Of a DNA stretch of 64,000 nucleotides, positions 56,001-64,000 are shown in pieces. Source of the stretch: Aplysia californica (taxonomy: Eukaryota); assembly GCF_000002075.1 (NCBI RefSeq), contig NW_004797598.1, forward strand, positions 203,428 through 267,427. The letters run 5' to 3'. The notes beneath the pieces were generated by a model that saw nothing but the letters and a program-made list of their open reading frames with translations, did no database searches and was not told the DNA's origin. Numbering within the stretch: position 1 is the first letter of the stretch; each line of letters starts with the position of its first letter. The position numbers and the translations under genes were made by a program.

Positions 56001-58519
56001 TATATGGGTTAGGGTTGGTAAGTATATAGGGTTTGGATTATAGTTATCGTTTGGGGCTGGACCCAAATGGGGTTATCACAATAGACATAACGCGCTGTGA
56101 ATATCAGCTTTAAATGGATGCATAATCCTCGTAGGTCGATGTGATACAATATACAGGGATGCCCAATCTCCGTTTTTTTTTCCGGTTATTGCATACACTT
56201 GCAAAGGAAAGAGGAATGGTAAGAGAAATGTTTTTGTTTGCTCATTTAAAGATTTTACTAGGTTCGTTTTAGGTGAGGTGTGATGCTCCGCTCATTTTCC
56301 ATTTTTTTTTTTTTAAATCATTTGGCATCCCTGAATATTTATCTAGACCAGTGCCGTGAGCTGACACTTTGTTCGACTCACTTTGCTGCATTTGGTATAT
56401 AGTAAGCTATCCTTAGATTCTACCACCTCGTCTCTCTCATTCAGTTTAGCCTAGTTTTTGACTCTGTGCTTAACATCAGTATACCCTTTTGTCTAACAAC
56501 TGCCTTTAAATCTAGTTTCAGTATGATGCCGTTGTCTCCTAATTCTGCTCTCCCCCACCTCCCCACCTCCAGTTGTAGTTTTAGTAAAGTTTTATGACAC
56601 TTGCAACACCATTAGGTCTTATAAGTGCCTACGATTATAAGTGTTGCAAGGGAGTAACAAACACAAAAAATCAAAGAAGAGAGAGATAAGGACAATAGAT
56701 GTTTGATGGTAACAGAGCAAACGACACCAGAGCTTCTGCCAACCACACAACACACCCTCCCCCCTCACGCACTCACACACACCCACACACGCACCTACCT
56801 CTTTCTCTTGTTTGATGATCTTGTCTTTGTCTTCTGTTCAGGAAAAGCACGAGGCATTCGACATCCACAAGTATGGCACCCAGGTCATTGAACAGTTGGT
56901 CCGTGGTGAGACCAGGGCCTTTAAAGAACTGGTCCAAGGAAAGCCGCAGTTTGAAGTTTGCAGATGTGCGCTGGCAACTTTGCAACTGGTATGCTATTAA
57001 ACGTTTGTGAGGCAGAGTGGTGAAATCAGGCGCTCGTCAAAATAATGAAAGTGAAGAAACTGGCATTTTTTCGCAGGTTTGGCAATTTTTTTAGAATTTT
57101 GGGTTTTTTGGCTCAACACCCACCGTGTCCATTTAAGAATACATCTCTGTGTGGATTGTACTGAAAAACATCAATTAAAGGCATAAAAAGTGTAAATTTT
57201 CTGTTTCCGTGGACACTCGAGTTAAGGAAATAACTATACTTTAGCGGCCATTTCATCGCTAATATTACCTCTGAGACCAGGTGACCCCCACCTCCTTCTT
57301 TCACAAATATCTCGATTTCTTTTTAAGACAAATGAACATTTCTTTCATCCAAAGCAAGACAAATGAACAAGCTTTAAAATGATTCCAATAACTCCCTCCA
57401 TATGCCCAAAAATTGACGAGAGCCTGATTCCACTGTGTCGCGCCACATTTAGGTATCAGTAGTCTGGTGGGTTAGGCTACCAGGCTGGTAATCATCAGGT
57501 TTGCGGTTCAGGGGTTCAAGCTTTAGTTCAGCCCTACTGTTTGTCATTGTGGGGGAAAGCACTTTACACCAATTTCCCACACTTCACCGAGGTGTGAATG
57601 GGTCAGTGGCCATAGACAGCAAAAGATCTTGTCAGTATGTTAGTGTTTTAGCGCCTGTCAAATCAGAGCTTGCACTGTATGCTTCCCAGGAAGCTGAGAT
57701 TTGTTTCAGAATGCTACAGGTCAGCTTGGGTAATAATATAAATTATAAAGAGCATAGAGCTTGCTATTGAGCAGGAATTTGTGCTACACAAATGCTAATT
57801 ATTATTATTTTGTTAATTGTTTTGACATTGTAAGATGCTCAGTTTTTACTGTATTAGATTTTAAGAATTTTAAGTGGGTGTTTTCTAAAATCTTAAAATC
57901 TCTAACCCTATCCGTACGCCTGGGGTCATTTTATACCCCAGGGATTGTATTCTTCACATTTTAGAATACTTCTAGTGCAAAGATCTCTTTGAAACTGTCA
58001 GTATTTCTTAAAAAATCATTTTGACAGACTGCTATGTAAAGCGTATGGATCGGATTAATGAGCAAATTTCCTTTTTGGAAAGTGGGGGCTCAGAGTTCCC
58101 CACGTCGTATGGATACGATAGTAAAACATGATGTACGGATAGGGTTACGCAAGTACTGGGTACTTAGAACAACTGTGCTTTGAAATGCTGTGTAAAGTCT
58201 TCTTGTTCGTTTGCAGGTCAGGTCATTTGCTTTAAATTTGCATGCTATATTTGAATAATAGATGGGACTGCAGCGAAAAGCGACGCACACACACACATAC
58301 ACAATGCCATTTGGGTCATTTCTATTTTATCTATTAGCACTTTTTTTTTTTATATCAATTCTTCAGGCTAATGTCTACAATGTCGAGCTGTCAGTGGTAC
58401 CGGACAAAAACGGCTGCATCATCGACCAACTATATGTAACTCTCCTCTCTACCAAGCGCCACTTCGAGGAACTGGAAGAGTACAGGGCACCCTCTGTACA
58501 TGATGTGAAAGACTCATAG
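43967..58519 (+). CDS. NCAPH2: Condensin-2 complex subunit H2 (kleisin-beta, CAP-H2), multi-exon gene span
   Basis: N-terminus [69 protein letters not shown]. Middle W..LDP...EKPLKK..PY.IP. C-terminus [11 protein letters not shown]...FDIHKYG...[15 protein letters not shown]...YRAPS. All three match recalled human NCAPH2. 17 visible exons total 1771 nt, and one exon is missing in an N-gap. Confidence 0.95.
44736..44837 (+). CDS. NCAPH2: NCAPH2 coding exon 2
   Basis: [34 protein letters not shown], phase 0 to 0. Confidence 0.95.
45889..45944 (+). CDS. NCAPH2: NCAPH2 coding exon 3
   Basis: [18 protein letters not shown], phase 0 to 2. Confidence 0.93.
46572..46647 (+). CDS. NCAPH2: NCAPH2 coding exon 4
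   Basis: [25 protein letters not shown], phase 2 to 0. Confidence 0.9.
47233..47400 (+). mobile_element. Family A copy (plus strand, NCAPH2 intron)
   Basis: Matches the consensus. Other plus copies not listed separately: about 10708-10755 (fragment), 48945-49050 (degenerate), 51488-51562 (5' part). Confidence 0.85.
47569..47640 (+). CDS. NCAPH2: NCAPH2 coding exon 5
   Basis: [24 protein letters not shown] (FL.LDD motif), phase 0 to 0. Confidence 0.9.
48045..48587. other. Assembly gap expected to contain NCAPH2 coding exon 6
   Basis: The flanking exons end in phase 0 and start in phase 2. Other gaps: 2611-2979, 7267-7411, 14312-14411, 28364-28538, 33260-33412, 42945-43523, 45421-45543, 46865-46963. 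Confidence 0.8.
48621..48766 (+). CDS. NCAPH2: NCAPH2 coding exon 7 (exon 6 inferred inside gap)
   Basis: [29 protein letters not shown]...LQDL (G.V...DF.N motif), phase 2 to 1. Confidence 0.88.
49464..49633 (+). CDS. NCAPH2: NCAPH2 coding exon 8 (acidic linker)
   Basis: [23 protein letters not shown]...QSADE, phase 1 to 0. Confidence 0.88.
50046..50111 (+). CDS. NCAPH2: NCAPH2 coding exon 9 (basic)
   Basis: [22 protein letters not shown], ctcctgcag acceptor, donor CAG|GTTAGT, phase 0 to 0. Confidence 0.85.
50699..50768 (+). CDS. NCAPH2: NCAPH2 coding exon 10
   Basis: [23 protein letters not shown], phase 0 to 1. Confidence 0.92.
50884..51090 (+). mobile_element. tRNA-derived SINE family B copy
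   Basis: TGGTATAGCGGTTAG head and TGTGTTGATGGGGATGTAAAA tail. Confidence 0.78.
51826..51936 (+). CDS. NCAPH2: NCAPH2 coding exon 11
   Basis: [36 protein letters not shown], phase 1 to 1. Confidence 0.9.
52477..52646 (+). mobile_element. Family A copy
   Basis: TSD AAAATGGT[G/A]TGA at 52465-52476 and 52647-52658. Confidence 0.85.
52696..52820 (+). CDS. NCAPH2: NCAPH2 coding exon 12
   Basis: [41 protein letters not shown], phase 1 to 0. Confidence 0.9.
53184..53265 (+). CDS. NCAPH2: NCAPH2 coding exon 13
   Basis: [27 protein letters not shown], phase 0 to 1. Confidence 0.87.
53594..53778 (+). mobile_element. Family A copy
   Basis: TSD TGA[T/G]ACCTCTGT at 53582-53593 and 53779-53790. Confidence 0.85.
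53949..54099 (+). mobile_element. 5'-truncated family A copy next to an NCAPH2 acceptor
   Basis: TSD ACTAATCTAT at 53939-53948 and 54100-54109. Confidence 0.88.
54118..54228 (+). CDS. NCAPH2: NCAPH2 coding exon 14
   Basis: [36 protein letters not shown], phase 1 to 1. Confidence 0.83.
54908..54972 (+). CDS. NCAPH2: NCAPH2 coding exon 15
   Basis: [21 protein letters not shown], phase 1 to 0. Confidence 0.93.
55508..55609 (+). CDS. NCAPH2: NCAPH2 coding exon 16
   Basis: [34 protein letters not shown], phase 0 to 0. Confidence 0.94.
56842..56988 (+). CDS. NCAPH2: NCAPH2 coding exon 17
   Basis: [19 protein letters not shown]...[16 protein letters not shown], phase 0 to 0. Confidence 0.95.
57006..57447. 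mobile_element. Unclassified TIR element (second copy starts at about 45131)
   Basis: AATCAGGC[G/T]CTCGTCAA is inverted at both ends. Colinear similarity with about 45131-45660. Confidence 0.6.
57455..57808 (+). mobile_element. SINE family C copy
   Basis: Colinear with 22762-23112. Confidence 0.8.
57906..58144. mobile_element. piggyBac-like MITE, same family as 5858-6097
   Basis: Reverse-complement match along its length, with CCCTATCCGTAC TIRs. Confidence 0.82.
58367..58519 (+). CDS. NCAPH2: NCAPH2 last coding exon
   Basis: [50 protein letters not shown], then TAG. Confidence 0.94.
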   Translation, partial: ANVYNVELSVVPDKNGCIIDQLYVTLLSTKRHFEELEEYRAPSVHDVKDS

Positions 58520-58645
58520 CATCGGGAGCTGGGGGAGGGGGGGGGTGAGAGCGGTTGGCAAAGTTGTGGTGGTTGGAAGGGGGGGAGTGGCAAAGTGGTG
58601 GTGGTTGGAAGCATGCAGGTGGGGGGGGGGGGGGTGTATAGTGAA

Positions 58646-59062
58646 CAGACCTGCCAAGTACTCGGATAAAATTCGAGTTCTCCGACTATTTGTAACCCGT
58701 CGAAGAACTATTGGATTAACGTAAATTCCTCCTTTTTTTTTTTTTTTTTTCTTTTTCTTTTTTGGGATTGAATTCTATTTCCGTTGATCATGAACAATTT
58801 ATCATGAATGATGTGAAACCTCACAGATTTATCTGCAATACTGGGGCGATTTATTGTGAGTGACATAAAAATACACATTCTTTCTTATTTGGAGTTAATT
58901 TACAATACACGTTTATTTGCCACAGTTAGTTTGTACTGTAATCTTTAATCTACTAAGGTTCTGGAGACTCATGATTTTTTTCCCCCCAAACTCCAATTTT
59001 TTGAGAATATACTTTGAGGGAAACTCCTGTTTTTGGTCATGGAGGGGTTTTTGGCAGGTCTG
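58646..59062. mobile_element. hAT-like MITE (TIR CAGACCTGCCAA)
   Basis: Perfect 12-bp TIRs and no clear TSD. A related left end at about 47851 runs into a gap. Confidence 0.72.
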
Positions 59063-59084
59063 CGTTAACTCTTTCTCTACTAAG

Positions 59085-59244
59085 CTGTCCCCGTCGTTTT
59101 ATGCAAGAAAAACTCCTGAAATTATTTAAACCAAGCGATTCTGTTAATTTTAACAAAGCGTGATAAAGGAAAATAATAAGAAATTATGCAAAAAATGATC
59201 AAGTTTTGCTAAATTATACGAGGTGCATTAAACCACGGGGACAG
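59085..59244. mobile_element. MITE family D copy nested in a TTAA MITE
   Basis: TSD ACTAAG on both sides. Confidence 0.9.
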
Positions 59245-59699
59245 ACTAAGGGGGTTTCCCTCACCTGTACTGGGCCTTGTCTGCGACCTACTTTCTGCTT
59301 CTGCCTATCCTTGGAAAAATTAAAGATTTTTACATTCAATTTTCAATAATAGCCACATGTATTATATATATAAATATATATGAAAACGAAAGGAAAATAA
59401 TTATCTATCTCAGGATGTTGCTAGAAACGATCATTCTTCAGCCTGAGATTTCAATTTTGATTATTGTTACTATTGTTAAAGTAAGTAAGGTTCTTGAAGC
59501 AAGAAATGGAGAGCCGTGAGACATGGCTCGTGGTCCAGCGTTTGGAATAACACGAGCCGTGAAACATAGCCCACCGGTAGTGAAAGTGTCAGGGACAGAA
59601 GATAACATATATAATGTATGCCTTGTACTTGTATAGATTACAATTGAATATGTGTGAGGTGTTATTTGTTAATGCATAATGGTTTTTTTATCATTCCTA

Positions 59700-59882
59700 C
59701 ACACGCACACACACACACACACACATCTCTGTCTCTCTCTGTTTGTCTGTTTTTCTGTCTGTCTATCTACTCGTATCTGTCTGTCTGTCTGTCTCTCTCT
59801 TTCTCTCTCTCTATCTCTCTCACTCTCTCTCTCACTCTCTCTCTCTCTCCCTCCTTTCCCCCTTTTCTCTCTATCTCTCTCT
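59700..59882. repeat. (CA)n/(CT)n/(CTGT)n compound microsatellite
   Basis: Read directly from the sequence. A similar CT/CA tract is at 52945-53125. Confidence 0.85.
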
Positions 59883-60000
59883 AGCAATAGTGCTCCACTG
59901 CACTGCCAGTGGTATATGTGTAAACTCTGGATTAACTAGTTACCATCTCATTAAATTCATTTTGCAGTGTGGGGTTGGGTATGGAGAAAATGTATTACAC

Positions 60001-60427
60001 CAGGCATGGGCAAACCACGACCTGCGAGCACTTTCAGTCTGGCCTGCAGGTCGACTCGGGTAATTACTAATGAATGAGGCCTCAGTGGGATAAATAATAC
60101 TATTTATAAAATAAACTGTCCATCTAGAAAATAAAAATCGTCAATAGTCTACGACCCTGCTGCCCTTGAGTGACATATTATTATTCTAAAGGCTAAAGTG
60201 TTTGTTGTTGAATTCCTGCATGCTGTCGGCATCACTGACCGTTTATGAAGCCACAGCGCCAGAAGAGAGAGAGAGAGAGAGAAAGTGTTTGTTAAGTTTC
60301 ACTTTTTTAGAGCTTGGGCATTTCAGCCAATTTCATCGGGCTTTCTCCTGCTTTGGCCCATGAGATAGTCAGAATCTCCTACTTAATCAATCGGGGCCCA
60401 TGACTTGGACACGCTTACCCATGCCTG
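60001..60427. mobile_element. hAT-like MITE
   Basis: TIR CAGGCATGGG[C/T]AA, 8-bp TSD TATTA[C/G]AC. Confidence 0.85.
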
Positions 60428-60777
60428 TATTAGACAAAACTGAAAACTGGATCTAGTGCCTTGAATTTCTCAGTTCATGCTGTGCTGATTTACTCTATAT
60501 ATATATAAGATAGTGAAATGAAATGTCACAGATTTTTTTGAAGTTTGCACAACTCCAGCAGAGCTTTGCGCAAAGATGTGTTTTGAGTCAAGGGAGACGT
60601 TTTGAATTTTAATAATTCTGAGGGAGAAGTTGGCTCATTTTGAGGTGCTACGAAATGTATCCCCGACTCTCACTGTAAGTAACTATCCACAAGGTAGGCG
60701 TGTAATTTTCCTTTACTTGTCAGACCTCATGAAATAACATTTTAACTAATTTTATCATTTTATCATGTGTCTAAATA

Positions 60778-61878
60778 CAGTCAAACCTGCCATGACGACC
60801 ACCTTGTAAATATGACCACCTGTACAAACAGCCATTTTCCTTTTCCCCCTTTGCGTTTTTTTTCGATATAATTTCACTGTGTAAAACGGTCACCTGTCCA
60901 TCGCGACTACGGCCACCATTAAGAGATTTATCGACCAACAATCTAAAATGCTTGTCTGAGATGGCTGCCCACCAATCTTTCCCCGCTCAACACTTTGTCA
61001 TAAATTATGTATTGTCCGCTAACGTTGTGGATGAGCCGTCATTATCCATTCACCCGTCGTTATTGTTAGCCTTTCCAATGGTCACGTTGCTTAGGTCGCC
61101 CCCAGTATTTTTATCCAAGTTGACCAATCGGTAATAATAAATTTTCAGCTGCTGGCGAGGGAGGCGTGTGTACCGTTATAACCAATGGGCCCCACCCACA
61201 GCATGTGCACAAATCGTAAATGAAATGAGAGGTTTCTGTTTAGGCGTACCTAGTCAATGAAGCCAGTCCATAACAAAAGACGTCAACACAAATTTGCAGC
61301 TGATGTGACGCTCATTCACCGAGTGGTGGCGACCCATTTGTTTGTTTTACTTTGTCACTCTGTCTTCCTCGTTTAACTTCTAGCACATTTCGGGGAGGGT
61401 GTTTAACCTTGCATTAAACCGTATATTTAAAAAATAAAACTAACCATAAAAAAATCCAACAAAAACCCTCTTATCCCCTCTCCCCTTTAAAGAAAAACAC
61501 ACAAAAAACGAGACATTTTGATAAGCCCTTTGGCAGTCCTAAGGCTGCAACCATCTCAAGTCGGGACCTCAGACTCAGAAATCAATGATTTGTTTGGAGG
61601 TCTGGTTTTTTTTTTTCATTTTGATCAGTCCTGCGAATGACGGACACTTTTCCCCTTGACTATGTGTGGCCGTCTTCTTACACAGGTTCAACTGAGAACA
61701 GTCAAAACTGTCTATCTAAGCTAAGAGGGGCATCCATTGTTGAGGAGAAAAGTGTCCTTCTAGTTCTAGCGCGATGTCATTATTGTGTAAAAATACACTA
61801 GAGAGGAAATAGGAAGTAGCCATTTGTACAGGTGATTGTCTTATAATATACAGGTGGTCGTTAAAGCAAGTTCGACTG
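60778..61878. mobile_element. Two adjacent Tc1/pogo-like MITEs (60778-61694, 61699-61878)
   Basis: CAGTC[A/G]AACCTG...CAGGTTC[A/G]ACTG TIRs and GACCACCTG motifs. Related pieces at about 856-1080, 24090-24240 and 51310-51486. Confidence 0.72.
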
Positions 61879-62184
61879 TACATGTATATATATCTATGAC
61901 GGACATTTGTCTAACATTTTTATGTTTAGTTTGATAAGTCGTGTTTTTTGCTCTTGCCTCAAGACAATATAGCCAGATCTGGCAGCCTAGGGGCATTGTG
62001 AGCTGAGGCAAAATATTGTTAATGTAAAAAAAAAAAAAACCCAACATTAGGATTCTAAATAAAGCTGCCATGAAACATACACTGACTACATTTGTTTTCT
62101 TTCTGTTATTCCTTTCTGTTGTTTTGCACTTTTGAATGTGATTGTGCGGCAGTTTATGGGTGAACAAGATTGCTATTTGAAAAT

Positions 62185-62190
62185 AATAAA
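62185..62190 (+). terminator. Candidate NCAPH2 polyadenylation signal
   Basis: AATAAA after a U-rich UTR-like stretch, followed by GT-rich sequence. Other AATAAA hexamers exist upstream, for example at about 60110. Confidence 0.35.
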
Positions 62191-62414
62191 GTTTGTACAT
62201 GTACAGTGTAGTGTAAGTGGGAGGGGGGATCAGCTATTGTACAGACAAGGATAGATGATAAGATGCAGTGGGGTCCATTGAAGCTGAACACGCTTAATCC
62301 GAAGTTGTGCTTATTATTACGAGTCCAGAGTTCTCACCACACTGTCACACATGCATTTGAAAAGAGATCATGCTGGATTCTTCATGAGCTAGTTATGCAC
62401 AGTCATTGGCAAAT

Positions 62415-62603
62415 CTGTCTCCAGGATTTTATGCACCCCTTGTTCGTGTAATTTAGCAAAATTTGATCATTTTTTGCATAATTTCTGATTATTTTCCTTT
62501 ATCATTCTGTGTTAAAATTAACAAAATCGCATAATTTCACTTTTTTGGGCTAAATTTGCATAATTTCACTTTTTTTTGTGTGTGCATAAAACCGCGGGGA
62601 CAG
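62415..62603. mobile_element. MITE family D copy (opposite orientation)
   Basis: TSD GCAAAT on both sides. Confidence 0.9.
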
Positions 62604-62789
62604 GCAAATAGCAGTTCACAGACATGCAAGCAGGGCGACAAAAAGTGACAATGTCATCACTTACAGTTAAAGTTAAAGGTAGCCTCCCTGATATTTCGGC
62701 ATACTAGATGATTGTGATGCAGTACCTTTAAAATTTTAAAGCAAAAATCAGGCCGTGCGGTGAACTATTGAGAATAAAACCAACTTGTT

Positions 62790-63760
62790 TCGCGCGCTCA
62801 TATGACCTTATGCAGTTGTGAGCGCCATAAAACCCTTCCTGTTTGTGGTTGGCTGGGTGCTCTGGTGTGGTTTGCTTCTTCTTTCCTATCAAACATCTAT
62901 CGTCCTTGTCTCCTCTTCCTTCGTTTTTATGTTTGTTTGTTACTCTCTTGTAACACCTCTTATCTTCTGGCGCTCATATGACCTTATGCAGTTGCGAGCG
63001 CCGTAAAACCTCTCCTAAAACTAAAGTCAAACCCTTACTAAACAAAACAACATTTTAATGTCAGTGTCAGGGACTCGGATGACAACCGACTTGCTTCCAA
63101 ATCTTGGTCACTCGATGCGATGAGGTAGAATGAGGGTTGTGTCCTGCCCCTCAGTCCAACCTGGGTGATTGTTCTAGTGTAAGCACCAAACAGAAATAAA
63201 CTAACATCAAGATTAATCCTGTTCCTGATTTTTGTTTGTCTTTGTTTTTTTGTTTTTTATAGGAGTGGGAGCATAACATTGGCATTTAATATACTACATG
63301 TACTATGTTGCATTGTGTATCATTGCCAACTATAAATATAAAGTTAAAATGGCACAAGCCAAAAATTTTCCAAAACTTGAAAAAAATGTATTGTAGTCTG
63401 ATTGTGGGTGGTTGGCGGGTGCTCTGGTGTTGTTTGCTTCTTCTTTCCTATCAAACATATATTTTCTTTATATCTCCCCTCCTTCTTTTTGTGTTTGTTA
63501 CTCTCTTGTAACACCTCTAATCTTCGGCACTTATATGACCTTATTGTGTTGCAAGTGCCGTACAACACATACTAAGTGGGTGGTTGGCGGGTGCTCTGGA
63601 GTGGTTTGCTTCTTCTTTCCTATCGAACATCTATCGTCCTTATCTCCCCTCCTCCTTTTTTATGTTTGTTACTCTCTTGTAACACTAACACCTCTAATCT
63701 TCTGGCGCTCATATGACCTTATGCAGTTGCGAGCGCCGTAAAACCTCTATTAAAACTAAA
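62790..63760 (+). mobile_element. Cluster of family A copies (62790-62835 3' fragment, 62845-63025, 63404-63562, 63576-63760)
   Basis: Consensus matches, and both stem-loop subfamilies are present. Confidence 0.88.
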
Positions 63761-64000
63761 CACGTATTAAAACAAGCAGTCTTACTCTATGGTATCGGTT
63801 GCATGTGCTCGACTTAATATTTTGTCGAAATTCACATCGCAAAAGTTGGAAAAGGCAAGAAAAAAATATAAGCGTTTACCCAAAGGCCCTCAAATCACAG
63901 GGGTTCATCAAACATACGCAGCCATGCTGTCCTGGATGAGCACGCTCTTTAACCATTCACCACTAACTACCCGCACGGTTACGTGGTACGACCAAAGATT

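Noticed and set aside
57013-57437. CACAGTG end suggesting a Transib/RAG-like element
   Set aside because: Only one end has the heptamer, there is no 5-bp TSD, and homology with the 45131 copy extends outside the heptamer.
62818-63741. Recurring short ORFs such as GWRVLWCGLLLLSYQ and [14 protein letters not shown]
   Set aside because: These are translations of family A copies, and their frames and stops are not conserved between copies.

Overview
This is AT-rich, intron-rich animal genomic DNA with nine N-gaps. The repeat content suggests a mollusc or gastropod, but that is inference only. Two genes are transcribed divergently. TTC17 lies on the minus strand: ATG at 39237, 19 phase-consistent coding exons down to 9842 (about 867 codons), and the third TPR module is not found in the window. 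NCAPH2 (condensin II kleisin CAP-H2) lies on the plus strand: ATG at 43967, stop at 58519, 17 visible coding exons, plus one exon that reading phase places in the gap at 48045-48587. The introns hold two tRNA-derived SINE families, several MITE families (TTAA, TA, 8-bp and an unusual 6-bp TSD type), an RTE LINE fragment, a degenerate Penelope-type hammerhead and mini/microsatellites. The most striking feature is a ~180-bp retroposon with no recognisable Pol III promoter, present in about 25 copies or fragments. It has a fixed GTGGGT 5' end, a covarying 3' stem-loop, an (AAAACT)n tail and 10-14-bp TSDs. It is co-oriented with whichever host gene it sits in and often lies next to splice sites, where its TSD twice duplicates a splice signal. 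All coordinates and counts were read by eye and no database searches were run.
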